Shown piece after piece: positions 14,863-32,214 of a stretch of DNA of 64,000 nucleotides. The stretch lies in the NCBI RefSeq assembly GCF_009914755.1, contig NC_060934.1. One strand, 5' to 3'. Position 1 is the stretch's first letter; each line of letters starts with the position of its first letter. A program made the translations under genes and the position numbers. The notes beneath the pieces were generated by a model, which made no database searches, was not told the DNA's origin, and saw only the letters and a list, made by a program, of their open reading frames with translations. Source of the stretch: the human T2T-CHM13v2.0 reference genome, Homo sapiens.

Positions 14863-15668
14863 TGAGGCTTTCTGTTTCTTTCTATCAGCCCCCACCTGTT
14901 CTATTTAGCTCAGCTAATATACATATATACATATTTACATATGTATGTATATATACACACATTACTATGTATATAGCTTTATGGCTACACATTTATATCC
15001 TATCCAGTCTTTTTGTGAGTTTGCAGCCAGAAGTCTGCCTTGGTTCATTGGGCAACTGTCCTCTTCTTACCTGCAGTAGCTCCCTTAGTAATCCCCCGGG
15101 CTTTATAAGCAGGCAAACATCATACCTAAAAGTAATCGAGTATATCTTACTTTTACTAGTTACAAAGTGCATCTTTGATTTGTTTATCACATCCGCTAAA
15201 ACTTCCAGAACATGTGGGGATTTTACAAACAGGAAAAAAAAAAAACTATATAAAACCAAAATAGAAGAAAATGGCTAGATTTCATTTGGGTTGTAATTTT
15301 TTTTTCAATTACAAATTTTAAAAGATATCTGGATGGTCTCCTGATGTGCACACAAAGATAATTTCCATCATTCTTATATCAATACTAAAGGCAGCCACCA
15401 GCCACCCCCACCAAAAGCCTGCTCTGGTCTCTTTGCACCACTGCAGAAGTCCAGTGTTCCAGCTGAAAGAAAAGTCCTGCCACCTCCAGCTGAGAGACTG
15501 AGAGCAGAACAGTAGCAGAGTGTCGTGTTGAGGTGCCCCGCCCGACTGTCAGGAAAGCTAGGGTCAGTCCCAGCTCTGCCGCTCGGCTGGAATCCTGTCT
15601 TGGACAAGACTGTCTTTCTCTAGGTCTCATTTCCCCACTTCCTTTTTTTTTTTTTTTTGACATCTTTT

Positions 15669-15699
<31 letters not shown>

Positions 15700-15927
15700 T
15701 TATTATTATACTTTAAGTTTTAGGGTACATGTGCACCATGTGCAGGTTAGTTACATACGTATACATGTGCCATGCTGGGGCGCTGCACCCACTAACTCGT
15801 CATCTAGCATTAGGTATATCTCCTAATGCTATCCCTCCCCCCTCCCCCCACCCCACAACAGTCCCCAGAGTGTGATGTTCCCCTTCCTGTGTCCATGTGT
15901 TCTCATTGTTCAATTCTCACCTATGAG

Positions 15928-19739
<3,812 letters not shown>

Positions 19740-19802
19740 TATGATGTTAGCTGGTTATTTTGCTCGTCTGTTGATGCAGTTTCTTCGTGGTCTTGATGGT
19801 CT

Positions 19803-20819
19803 TTACATTTTGGCATGATTTTGCAGTGGCTGGTACCAGTTGTTCCTTTCCATGCTTAGCGCTTCCTTCAGGAGCTCTTTTAGGGCAGGCCTGGTGGTGA
19901 CAAAATCTCTCAGCATTTGCTTGTCTGTAAAGTATTTTATTTCTCTTTCACTTATGAAGCTTAGTTTGGCTGGATATGAAATTCTGGGTTGAAAATTCTT
20001 TTCTTTAAGAATGTTGAATATTGGCCCCAACTCTCTTCTGGCTTGTAGAGTTTCTGCCCAGAGATCTGCTGTTAGTCTGATGGGCTTCCCTTTGAGGGTA
20101 ACCTGACCTTTCTCTCTGGCTGCCCTTAACATTTTTTCCTTCATTTCAACTTTGGTGAATCTGACAATTATGTGTCTTGGAGTTGCTCTTCTCGAGGATT
20201 ATCTTTGTGGCGTTCTCTGTATTTCCTGAATCTGAATGTTGGCCTGCCTTGCTAGATTGGGGAAGTTCTCCTGGATAATATCCTGCAGAGTGTTTTCCAA
20301 CTTGGTTCCATTCTCCCTGTCACTTTCAGGTACACCAATCAGATGTAGATTTGGTCTTTTCACATAGTCCCATATTTCTTGGAGGCTTTGCTCGTTTCTT
20401 TTTATTCTTTTTTCTCTAAACTTCCCTTCTCACTTCATTTCATTCATTTCATCTTCCATCGCTGATACCCTTTCTTCCAGTTGATCGCATCGGCTCCTGA
20501 GGCTTCTGCATTCTTCACGTAGTTCTCGAACCTTGGTTTTCAGCTCCATCAGCTCCTTTAAGCACTTCTCTGTATTGGTTATTCTAGTTATACATTCTTC
20601 TAAATTTTTTTCAAAGTTTTCAACTTCTTTGCCTTTGGTTTGAATTTCCTCCCGTAGCTCGGAGTAATTTGATCGTCTGAAGCCTTCTTCTCTCAGCTCA
20701 TCAAAGTCATTCTCCATCCAGCTTTGTTCCGTTGCTGGTGAGGAACTGCGTTCCTTTGGAGGAGGAGAGGCGCTCTGCTTTTTAGAGTTTCCAGTTTTTC
20801 TGCTCTGTTTTTTCCCCAT
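19803..20819 (-). pseudogene. L1 ORF1, disrupted
   Basis: MGKKQSRKTGNSK... stops at codon 130 (TGA where consensus has CGA); C-terminus ...QPLQNHAKM. Confidence 0.93.
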
Positions 20820-21236
20820 CTGTGTGGTTTTATCTACTTTTGGTCTTTGATGATGGTGATGTTCAGATGGGTTTTTGGTGTGGATGTCCTTTCTGTTTGT
20901 TAGTTTTCCTTCTAACAGACAGGACCCTCAGCTGCAGGTCTGTTGGAGTACCCGGCTGTGTGAGGTGTCAGTCTGCCCCTGCTGGGGGGTGCCTCTCAGT
21001 TAGGCTGCTCGGGGGTCAGGGGTCACATTTTCCCACTTCCTAATGGAGGTGCCTGCCTCCCAGCTCCACAGCCTAGGTTCCTGATACCATGGCCTTCAGC
21101 TAGTGCAGGTCCTGCCCACCCTCCAGACCTTGATCTCCAAGAAAGGTTATCTTTGTCAGAATAGATGCAAGCCAAGGGATACTTAAACACTGACTCCCAA
21201 GCCTGCTGCAGTGACGGTGTTAAAGAGATAAGCCTT

Positions 21237-21734
<498 letters not shown>

Positions 21735-21949
21735 TCAGGGGAAGCAGAGGCAAGGGTGCAAATCCTTCAAAGCCGTGCAGGCACCACCTCTGCAGGGCTC
21801 CATCCCTGGTCCCTGCCCCAACACCACCACCCACATTCCCCTCTCCTCATAGTAGAGGTCTCCACCACCATGCCGTCTGCTCCTTGAGAACACGGACTAT
21901 GCCTCATCATTTTGTGTCTCCAAGCACTTTTTGAAAGCTCAGATGGTGA

Positions 21950-22268
<319 letters not shown>

Positions 22269-22339
22269 ATTTTTTACTATTTATTTATAAATATATATAT
22301 ATATGTGTGCATATATATATATACATCTATATATCACCT

Positions 22340-22840
22340 AGGTGCATGTATCATTGTAAAAATTTTTCACATCATTAAATATTCTTGTAAAATATGATTT
22401 ATTAGTAGCTACATAATGTTGCATCTTGTACCTAAGCATTCTCTATTTTGCCAGGTATTTAGCTTTGCTCTTTGAGCTGTTTTAAGTAACTCTGTAACAT
22501 GCATCTTTGCCCCTAAATCTTTGTCTGAGTATCTTGTCAGTCCCCTAGGATTTGTCCTTCTTGGGTCAAAAGCTATGAACATTTATAGGGCTGCTGAGAT
22601 ATACTACTACATTCCTTCCAGAAATGTACAAGCACTGTCTGAAGTTACCCATCTCAACAAATCCTTGCGAGCACTAGGTTTTAAATTATAATAATAAAAA
22701 TCTTCGCTCATTTTGTCGAGAGAAATGGAAACTCATTGTTGCTTTAATGGCCTTTTCTTTGATTACTAGTGAAGCTGAACATTTCCTCATTTGGCTACTG
22801 TCCATTTGTAATTTATCTTTTGTGAGTTTTCTGTTCATTC
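22340..22840 (-). mobile_element. Old L1ME fragment
   Basis: ttcttgggtcaaaagctatgaacattt...ctcattgttgctttaat...gattactagtgaagctgaacattt. Confidence 0.6.
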
Positions 22841-23024
22841 CTTCTTCCCTTTCTCTCTGTCTCCCTCTTTCCCTCTGACATTCAGTGAAGATGTGTTGAG
22901 CATTGATTTGTCAGACCATGGCAAACAGGGATCAGGAAGATACAGTCAAGGACTCACAACACACCCCAGGCCAGAACACTAGCTGGAGCCAGTGACAGTT
23001 GCTGCCAGAAGGCAATCACAAGTC

Positions 23025-23890
23025 AATTTTTTTTAATTGTGGTAAAATGCACATAAGATAAAATGTGTCAGCTTAACTATTTTTAAATATATACTTCAGT
23101 AGTGTTAAGCTTATTTACATTGCTATGCAACCCATCTCCAGAACATTTTCATCTTGCAAAATTGAAAATCTGTACCCATTAAACCGTAACTCCTCAGACC
23201 TCCCTCCCCCAGAACCTGGCAACCACCATTCCAGTTTCCATCTCTGTGAATTTGACTACTCTGGGAACCTCAATTAAGTAGAATCATATAGCATGTGTGT
23301 TTTTGTGGCTGGTTTATTTTATTTAATATAATATCCTCAAGATTTATCCATGTTGTAGCATGTGTCAGAATTTCCTTCCTTTTTTAAAGCTAAATAATAT
23401 TCCATTGTATGGATAGACCACATTTTGTGTGTTCATTCATCCATCAATGGACACTTATTTCTATGTTTTGGCTGTAGTGAATTGTGTTGCTATAAAAATG
23501 GGTATACAGATACAGTATCCCCAAATACCTGCAAGTATCTTCTGGGTATATATTCAAAATATTATTTGGGGATATATACACTCTGAGTATATAGAATAGC
23601 TATCCAAAGAATATTTTGGATATATACCCAGGAGCGGAATTGCTGAGTCATGTGGTAATTCGATTTTTCGTTCTTTGAGGAGCCATCGTGTGTTAAGCAG
23701 TCACACCATTTTACATTCCCACCAGCAGAGCACAGGGGCTCCAATTTCTCCACATCCTCACCAACACTTGGCATTTTCTGTTTTTTTTTTAATAGTAGTC
23801 ATCCTGACAGATGAGAGCTGATATCTCATTTTGCTTTTGATGTGCATGTCCCTAATGATTAGTGACATGTTTTCATGTGCTGGTGTGGTG
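23025..23890 (-). mobile_element. L1MB 3' end
   Basis: ttttaattgtggtaaaat...cctggcaaccaccatt...cattcccaccagcag...ctccacatcctcaccaacac. Confidence 0.85.
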
Positions 23891-23933
23891 TGTATCTTCC
23901 CAGTGTGTAATTTTTGATATTGCCTTTTCCACT

Positions 23934-24516
23934 TATATTAGTCAGGGCTCTCCAGAGAGACAGAACTAATAGGATATATGTATGTATAAAATGGAGTTTT
24001 TTAGGGAGAATTGACTCACATGATCACAAAGAGAAGTCCCACGATAGGCCATCTGCAAACTGGGAAAGAGAAAAGCCAGCAGTAGCTCAGTTCAAGTCTG
24101 AAAGCCTCAAACCCAGGGAAGCCAACAGTGTAGCCTTCCATCTGTGGCCAAAGGCCCAAGAGCCCCCCAGAAGCCACTGGTTCAAGTCCCAGAGTCCAAA
24201 GGCTGAAGAATCTGGAGTATGATGTCCAAGGACAGGAGGAGTGGGAGGAAGCACCCATCATGGAAAAAGAAGGAAGCCAGAAGACCCAGGAAGCCAGATC
24301 ATCCCAACTCCCTCCACCTGCTTCGTTCTAGCCGCACTGGCAGCAGATGGGATGCTGTCACCCACATTGAGGGCGGGTCTTCCTCTCCCAGTCCACTGAC
24401 TCAAATGCCAATCTCCTCTGGCAACACCCTCACAAACACACCAAGAAACAATACTCTACCACCCATGTAGCCATTCTTCAATCCAATCAAGTTGACACCT
24501 AATATTAACCATCACA
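23934..24516 (-). mobile_element. MLT2A-type LTR (3' LTR of HERV-L)
   Basis: Reverse strand begins TGTGATGGTTAATATTAGGTGTCAACTTGATTGGATTG and ends ...GAGCCCTGACTAATATA. Confidence 0.9.
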
Positions 24517-25685
24517 AGTCTACCCATTGTCAACTGGGCACCCATACACATGTCCTGAAATCATACTTAATCTCCACATAAAGACAATAATAAGGTCGTA
24601 ATTATGCCTAACATAATACAGCTATCCTTCGTACAACAAGAAGCACACTAATCCTTAACCTAAATGCTAAGACAAACAACGCTTAAATGCTGATATGAAG
24701 TCAATAAATTTTATGTTACATGATAAAGGAAAAAGAAAAGAAATAAAATGAAGATATTTCCTTAGTACAGGTGTATACATGCACAAACATATTTTTAACA
24801 AAATAAGGAGTAAATACTCATGACAATTACAGTCTTCATTTCTACAACTGGTCACGTGGTCATAGCTGTTATTGATGACTACCTTCTTCTACGCATTCTG
24901 TACTCCCTTTGCCTTCAGCAAGTACCTTGGCTGATCATGATTTTTCACCTGGTACTGTGATCCTTCATTCCTGAAAGTCTGGGTCATTTGTTCCTGCCTG
25001 GATTAGGCTGTAGTTTCCCATTGGCCTTAGCTTCCAAGATCAGACGAGATGGGATGGATTCAGTGTGGTATGGTCGTAGAGCCATTGACCTTAATCCCAG
25101 GGCATGGTAGTACTAAGAGACGCCCAGAGGGATCTCATGTGCTCCACACATACTCTTCCTTACCTTCATCGAGGAGTAGTAGTCGATTTCATCTTGATAG
25201 TCCAGGTCAATCACCCCAACCAACACTGGAACTCTCTTCTTAACCTGTTGACTTAGAGGCAGGAGGAGCCCAGAGTGGCCAGGTGGCAGTGTTAACTTCC
25301 AGTTCAATGGAATCATTGTTGCGTCTCCTGGTGACAGCATTCCTCCCTCTGGAGCTAAGACCTCTAGGCTTGCAGAACATAGTGTCACAGTAACAGGAAG
25401 CAAAAATTCTGCTAGTGGATCACTAGAGGTGATGGTGAGTGGTGCCACTTCCACTTTCATCCCTTGATTCCTGGACCTGTGAATCTTGGCTATGGGAGAA
25501 AGAGTACCATATATTGGAGGCTGATTCAGAGTATACACAGCCTTCTGGAGAACTTTGCCCCAACCCTGCAAAGTATCATCACCTAGTTGGTGTTGTAAGG
25601 CCATTCCACTGTTCTATCAATCCAGCTGCTTCAGGATGGTGGAGAACATGGTAAGAATAGTGAATTCCATGAGCATGAGCTCACT
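24517..25685 (-). mobile_element. HERV-L internal remnant (integrase core/C-terminus, dUTPase, 3' region)
   Basis: Reverse translation SYHVLHHPEAAGLIEQWNGL (integrase core) and ORF 25113-25604 ...IPLNWKLTLPPGHSGLL...GVIDLDYQDEI (dUTPase-like). Confidence 0.88.
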
Positions 25686-25875
25686 GCTGCTCTGGCAGCT
25701 GATGGGATACTGCCCACCCACATTGAGGGTAGGTCCTCCTCTCCTAGTCCACCAACTCAAATGTCAATCTCCTCTGGCAACACCCTCCAAGACACACCCA
25801 GAAACAATCGTTTACTGGCCATCTAGGCATCCTTCAATCCAATCAAATTGATACCTCGTGTTCATAACCATCACA
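25686..25875 (-). mobile_element. Partial MLT2A LTR (5' part of the 5' LTR)
   Basis: Direct repeat of 24330-24516 (acccacattgaggg...caatctcctctggcaacaccctc...caatccaatca...aaccatcaca). Confidence 0.88.
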
Positions 25876-28323
25876 TTTAGCACAGAAACACTGGGAGAGA
25901 TTTGTCTTTCTGCATTAGCTCATGACTGTTTAGTAATATGTGTAACATGAAACTGACTCGGAAATATCCCCAGGATTGACTGGTTTCCAAATGAAAAAAA
26001 AAAAAAAAAAGTCTCCTGTTAGTCCCTGATCAACCAAACCCTGCACAGCCCCAAGACAGGAAGGTGCGAGGCCCTGTACGGGACTGATGGGTAGGTCTGA
26101 AGAGACTCTGTAAGTGTGAGAAAGGCACTTTATTCGAAGGCATTCTGGCTCTTCGAAGTCTCACTGTGAATGTTGTATCAGCAAATATGTACCCAGGGAT
26201 TTAATAACACATTAAAGAAAGGATTGGACATAAATTATTTTGAATGGCTGTCTATGCAGTTTGAATCTATAAATAATCAGTCGCCTCTTTGTTTTAGCTC
26301 TGGAAAGAGGGCATGGGACATAGTAACAGGGATCATCTTATCCTCACCTCAGAGTGGACACACGTGTGAGCGTTAGTGGGATTAACCCGTGTGGACAGGT
26401 TGGGAGGTTTTCTAAGATGTTGATAATTTTTCCCTCTTGATATCATTAATTCTCTATGTCTCTGCTTTCAGATTTATCTGCAGTAACTTTTTGATTCTAA
26501 GCTGGACAAACTGCAGTCCTGAATCCCTTCTCCCAGTTGTGAATTGTTACAGGCTCAGAAAGGCAAGTTAATCTTAGTGTTTGTGGAAGCAAAACACATT
26601 CTGGCTGTTGAATCTCTTGATCTTCTCCCAAGACCTCCCTGCCATTCACTATCCCCCTAAGAACTTCCCAAATGACAGTGAGAGACACCGATGCTCATGT
26701 GAATTTTGACAGGATTCTTTCTCTGAGCTCGGGGCAGGTGCGGCTCCACACAGGTTGAGTGTTGGGGGTAGTCAGAGACCAGAGAAGAAAGTGGGGAAAC
26801 CCAGGGGCAGACATCCTCATGTCCTCCAGTCCTGAGCCTGTTTGGGCTCTGAATCAGACCAAAGGATTTGATTCTCAACCCTGTCCTGCAAAACAGATCA
26901 GAGGGTCCTGAGGAAGAGTTGCAATGGGTCATGACTGGTGGGGCTGGTCATAGCCAGTCAGAGGTGCCATACAGCCCCAGAGGTCTCCATACACTCCCCA
27001 CCAAGCTTGTTCTGGTGAGCTCATCTTCATTGGAGGTGGGGAATGACCCTTCCTCAAGATGACCAAATACTCATGAGATGTATAATTCTACAGAAAAAAA
27101 AAAAAAGGCCTGAAAGCAGCAGCAGAAACAGAAACTGTATGAATTTTAAAGGAGTGTTGTCCAGCGCACTTGGGGAAATGGCACAGAGGGTTTTGTGAGA
27201 GGGGGCTCGGGGGCAGATCCCAGGGAAAGTGACTGTCCTTTCCGCAAGCAAGCACAGCCACCTAAGAACAAGCCATCTTTTTGCATAAAGAGATAAGGAA
27301 GGGGCACAAAGGCGGGCACAGATGTCCAAAGGCAAGAGCCGTCAACACAGGAGCCAAAACTGCAGAGGAGGCCAGGGTGACCTTGGCCTCTGGAGAACAA
27401 ATACAAGCAAAACAAAGTTTCCAGGAGACATGCCAGACAATTGAGATGGCAATCTCTCCAGATCTGGCAAGGGCAACACCTCTTCCAGAAAGTCCGTGCT
27501 GACTCTTGCACCTCCCCAGTACTCCAGGTGGCCCCTGGCTCAGCCATCACTCAGCTTTTCTCAGGACACGCAGACGATATGCGTGCATCCTAATCTCCCA
27601 CCAGACATGAGCCCCTCCTGGGCAGGACTGCCTTATTCAGCCCTGGGTCTAAGCCCAGAGCCCAATTCCAGGCCCAGCACAAAGTAAATGTTCAATTAAA
27701 CTTTGGTGACAGGAACTGAAAATAGTTTAGCACCCCCCACCAAATCCACAAATTTTACTTTGTGGGTGTGCAGTGTGACATGGAAGGCCATTAAAGGGTT
27801 TGAGTAGAAGACAGAGAGTTGCCCAAATTGAAGGTAAAAGTCAGATTTGATCCAAAGGTTATTTTGATGTTCTGGATCAGTTCATAGTTTAGTCTAAAAA
27901 TGTTAGTTTCCATCTGGGGGTTGGCAGAATTGTGTGTAGTAAAACCTCAGTGACATGTTCTCTTTCAAAAGGAGAAATAAGAGGCAGACTGGAAGGTGAA
28001 ACATGACACAGTTGTTATAAATAAACTAATTTTAACAACTTTATTGAGATGTAATTTACATAACATAGATATAGAACCATAAATATGTCATACGTGTTCA
28101 ACTAGATGCAACCTCTCACAGAGAGCAAGGAACAGAACGTTGCCAACACCCCAGAGGCGCAGCCCTGGACTCTTCAGTCTTGGCACCTGACCCAGTGCAG
28201 AGCCACTTTCGTGGCAAATACTTTCTGTGTATCTACCGGGCTATGTTTCTCCAAGCGATGCCACCGCTGCTACAGGTGAAGGATTTCCTCAACTCTGAGC
28301 ACGCTCCCTCTGGTCATGGGTTC

Positions 28324-28697
28324 TGTCGGAGTTGGTATAGTGGACACCGAGGTGTGCCGCCCAGACCGCCCCCTGCCATGAAGGAGGCATTACCCATCAC
28401 CTGCTCTCGTAGACACCTTCAGGGACCACGGCTGCAGAGAACGACCTCACCCAAGGTTACAGACCAGTGCAGGTGATAAAGGTCAGGCCATCTTAGCCCA
28501 ACTCAGGACAACTCTGAAGGGCCATTCTAGCTCAGAGCACCCCTGGGGTCAGCCAAGAAGCCACTTTTCTGCCGCTGCCCAGTCCTGCTCCCTCCTCCTC
28601 CCTTCTACAAGTTCGGTCCCACGAGCCCTCCCTGGTAAACAACCTGCACACTGAACTCCACCTCAGACTCGGCTTGCTGGGGACCCAACCTGCAACA
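28324..28697 (+). mobile_element. LTR16-type ERVL solo LTR
   Basis: ggacaactctgaagggccattctagctc...cctgcacactgaactccacctcagactcggctt...ggacccaacctgcaaca. Confidence 0.7.
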
Positions 28698-31284
28698 GTC
28701 GGCTCCCCATTCAGCCTTCCTGCCTTCACTTTCCACAGAGGGTGCTGAGTGCCCCCTATATCCTGGGCCTGGCATCAGGACTGGCCAATGTTGACAGAAT
28801 AGTCATTAACGCTCATGTGCCTGCTGTGGTGCTGTGCTGTTTACAGAGCACTTTCATGCATGTTATCTCATTTCCTTTCTTTGTCTGTGCATTCATTCAT
28901 TTACTCCTCATCCAACAGACATCGTGAATGCTTGCTCCACACAGAAGTGAAGATATAATGAAGAAAAAGACCTTTCCTTCCCCTGGAGAGCTCACAGTCA
29001 ACTGCACAAGGCTGATGTCAAACCAGAGAATTCTCCCAGGCATTAAAGCCATGATGGAGCAGACACAGAGGCCATGAAGTGGGGAGAAGGAGGGCAATCA
29101 GGGAGGGCTTTCTGGGGAGGTGGGAACTCGGAACCAGCAGCTGGAAGCAATGGGATCCAGGAGAGCACTAAATCCAACACCGAACACTACAGTCATCCCA
29201 GCAGTGCAAGAAACCTGCACACAAACCAAGCTACTCAGAGGTTTCTATTGGTCTAACCCGGGATGGCAGGAAGTCAGAGACGTCTAATGGCCTTGCACTT
29301 CCCTCCAGCACGACCTCCTGGAGGCTCCTTCCCACTGGGGCCTGGGAAATGGAAGAGAGGAGACTGAAAAGGGAAGGAGGGAGTTTCCGGAGGGGGCTGG
29401 TGGGATTGCAAATGAAAGAATAACAGGATCTTGGAAAGCTGCCCCAGGTCCCACCTCAAGCACTGGATTAATTTAAATCCTTCTTTGCCACTTTCCAGAG
29501 TCAACAGGATTTGCTAAGTGTTGTATCTCCCGTAGGAGAAGAACCTTGAGAGAAAAAGATTTTTTAAATACATGTAAGTGAGATGTTTTCACTAATCTGA
29601 TTTTGGGGCATATTGACACTTGTGAAATATTTAAATGCTTAATTGTGCTGTCAGACACACTACTTCAGAACATATCTGGATAGAAGAACAATGAGCATTA
29701 GATTATGCTTTTAGATGTTACAGAGATGAAAATATATCTTGGCTATTTATCAAATTAATCACCCTATAATCTAAAGACAAATGGGATTCCTAGGGCAGTA
29801 TTCAGCCAGTAATTTAATGCCTAAGTTTTTCTGATCAATAAACCATTGGCCTGTTAGAATATTTAAGTCATGCTTAAAGTCATTCAGAAAAAAAAATCTA
29901 TTAACTTAAGTTCTTGAAAGCATGTCTTTAATTTAAAACGTCATTTTCTATTTAAGCATTGCATTTTACATTATTCTAAAACAATCCTGATCTTTTTTAT
30001 CTTAATTTTAATAAAAAGAGTGAAACAAATATTTTGAATCAGAACTATGGCATAATGTATTGTCTTTTGTTCAATTAATATTTTGTTCAACAAATATACA
30101 AATAAATAATGCCATCGCATTGTACAACTCCAGGGGACACCATTCCTGTTTTATCCTTGAGAAACATCCAGGTCTGCGTGAGTCCTTGGGACACCAAGGG
30201 ATAAAACAGAGCTCTGGGAGCTGCAGACGCCAGCACAGGGCACTGCAGAGCCCAGAGGAGGGTGTCAGTCTCACTGGTGGATTTGAGAAGGTGCCAGGCG
30301 GTAACACCTAGAATATCAAAGCCACAGGAGACTCTTCAAAGATTATCCAAATGAGAGATTAAGAGACTTGTCCAGGCTAACTGAAGTGACTGTAAGACCA
30401 GAGTCACAATTTACTGCCTGTCCAAATTTAGTATGCCTACACTCACTGGTTAAAAATTATGCAATTTATTGGTGCCTTAAAAAAACTATTAATAAAATGT
30501 ATTTGAGACCATGTAATGATAAGAAGCATTTGGCACCTGAAGGAAAAAAATGCAAGTGTGGTGTTGTAGAATTCTGTCCTATGAAAACATCTGGCTTTGT
30601 GTGCTTGTCGTGGAAGGGAGCAAAGCTTTAAAGGATTCCATCTGGAGTCACTGCATTAGCTGTGCCCACTTAATGCTAACAGGCTGCAAAGCAGCGCATG
30701 TTCTGTCGAAAATGATTTCCACCTCAGCACCCTGAATATGGAAGCATAGTTAATGTCCCACTATATCTTATTTGTTATTGTGGCCTCTGGTGTGGGTTTG
30801 TGGCTGCTGTGCAAAGTCTTCCTGGAATCATATTGCAGTGAACCTTCAGAGAGGAGAATGGAAAAGAAAAGAAGCTGCTTTTTAGAAGTTGCTTTCTTTT
30901 GGAATAGATGAGCATATCAGTCTCTAATAACACTGACCAGGAAAGGCTTCCTTTGTCTTGATTTTTCTCTCCCGATGATGATAATTAGATTTCCGGACAC
31001 AGGAAGGAAGTGTGGAATGGAGCATCGTTTTGGAGGAATCTTTTAGAAGTGCTTCTTGAGATCGTGCATGAGTATGCAGCTGGTAAAGAAGATGCAGTGT
31101 TCATCTACCATCTCTGTTTTCAGAATCATTATTCTAAAGATTTTTATAGAGCGAAAAGCTGGGGGATAAAAAGTAAGAGTAGTTAACTGTCTAGGGAGTG
31201 CCTGCTGCATCCCAGACATTGTCACAGACATCCCAGGTGATGCATGATCACAGGGAGACTTGTGGCTGTGGTAGGGGGGACAGA

Positions 31285-31470
31285 AGAGTTACTGAGGACT
31301 GATGACGCATGTGCCGGGCATGGAGTTTCATGCTTTATATCCACTACCTTATCTATTCCTCACAACATCCTCTTGAGGAAAATAGAAGTGTGAGCTCCAT
31401 TTGACAGGCGAGAAAGCTGAGGTTAAGAAAAGCTATTTCATTGCCCAGTCATATGACTTACACCCAGCCT
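31285..31470 (-). mobile_element. MIR relic
   Basis: tcctcacaacatcc...catttgacaggcgagaaagctgaggtt...ttgcccag. Confidence 0.6.
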
Positions 31471-32214
31471 GGGAGCTCCATGGCCTCTCTGTAGTTCGGA
31501 ATTTGTGCAGGGCAAATTGCAAGTAAGCCATCAGTCAGAGTCTGATATTTCAGCCTGATCTACATCATAACTGCAATTAAGCTGGGCTGCAGAGACCAGC
31601 ACTGGTCACTCACAAAAAAAGGACTGACTGTGTGGTGTGCAAGGAGCACCCTGTGATAGAGACGATCTGAAGTTCATATGAGATATTTTGAAAAAACAAT
31701 TTGTAATCAGAAAAAACCCATGTTCTGAGAAACCTGTTTCCTCATCTTTCTTGAAGAAATTGAGGCGACTTCAAATTTACCCAACGAATTACTTCATTTT
31801 AATGTCAGAATGCATGGGGGGAGGTTCTGAGGTGAAAGAAAAATCAGTGTAATTGCTTCTTTTTTCAAAATCACATATTACTTTGTTCATTATAAAATAA
31901 TGAAGCATTATTTAATCCAATTATGAAATAAATGAGATTGAGTAAATAGCACATCTGCATTCATTCGGTGATATAAAGTCAGGAAATGTTTATCCCACTG
32001 ACATTTAAAAATAGCAGCTCTATTTTTCTTAGTAATTAAATTATAGGTGTTTTCATGACAAGAATATATTTTATAATAAATACAAATATGGCATTGTTAA
32101 ATTAACTGTTAGGGATGAAGGCCTTCCCAGCTGGCTGGGTTTTGAAATGTAGATTCACTTCTTCAAAACCGAAGTCTATCCATCACCATGATCAATATGA
32201 AAGAAAATCATCAG

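Noticed and set aside
25113-25604. Domesticated dUTPase gene
   Set aside because: Frame is broken relative to the integrase core and drifts after DYQDEI; consistent with neutral HERV-L decay
23929-25880. TSD around the HERV-L remnant
   Set aside because: Flanks ccact and tttag do not match
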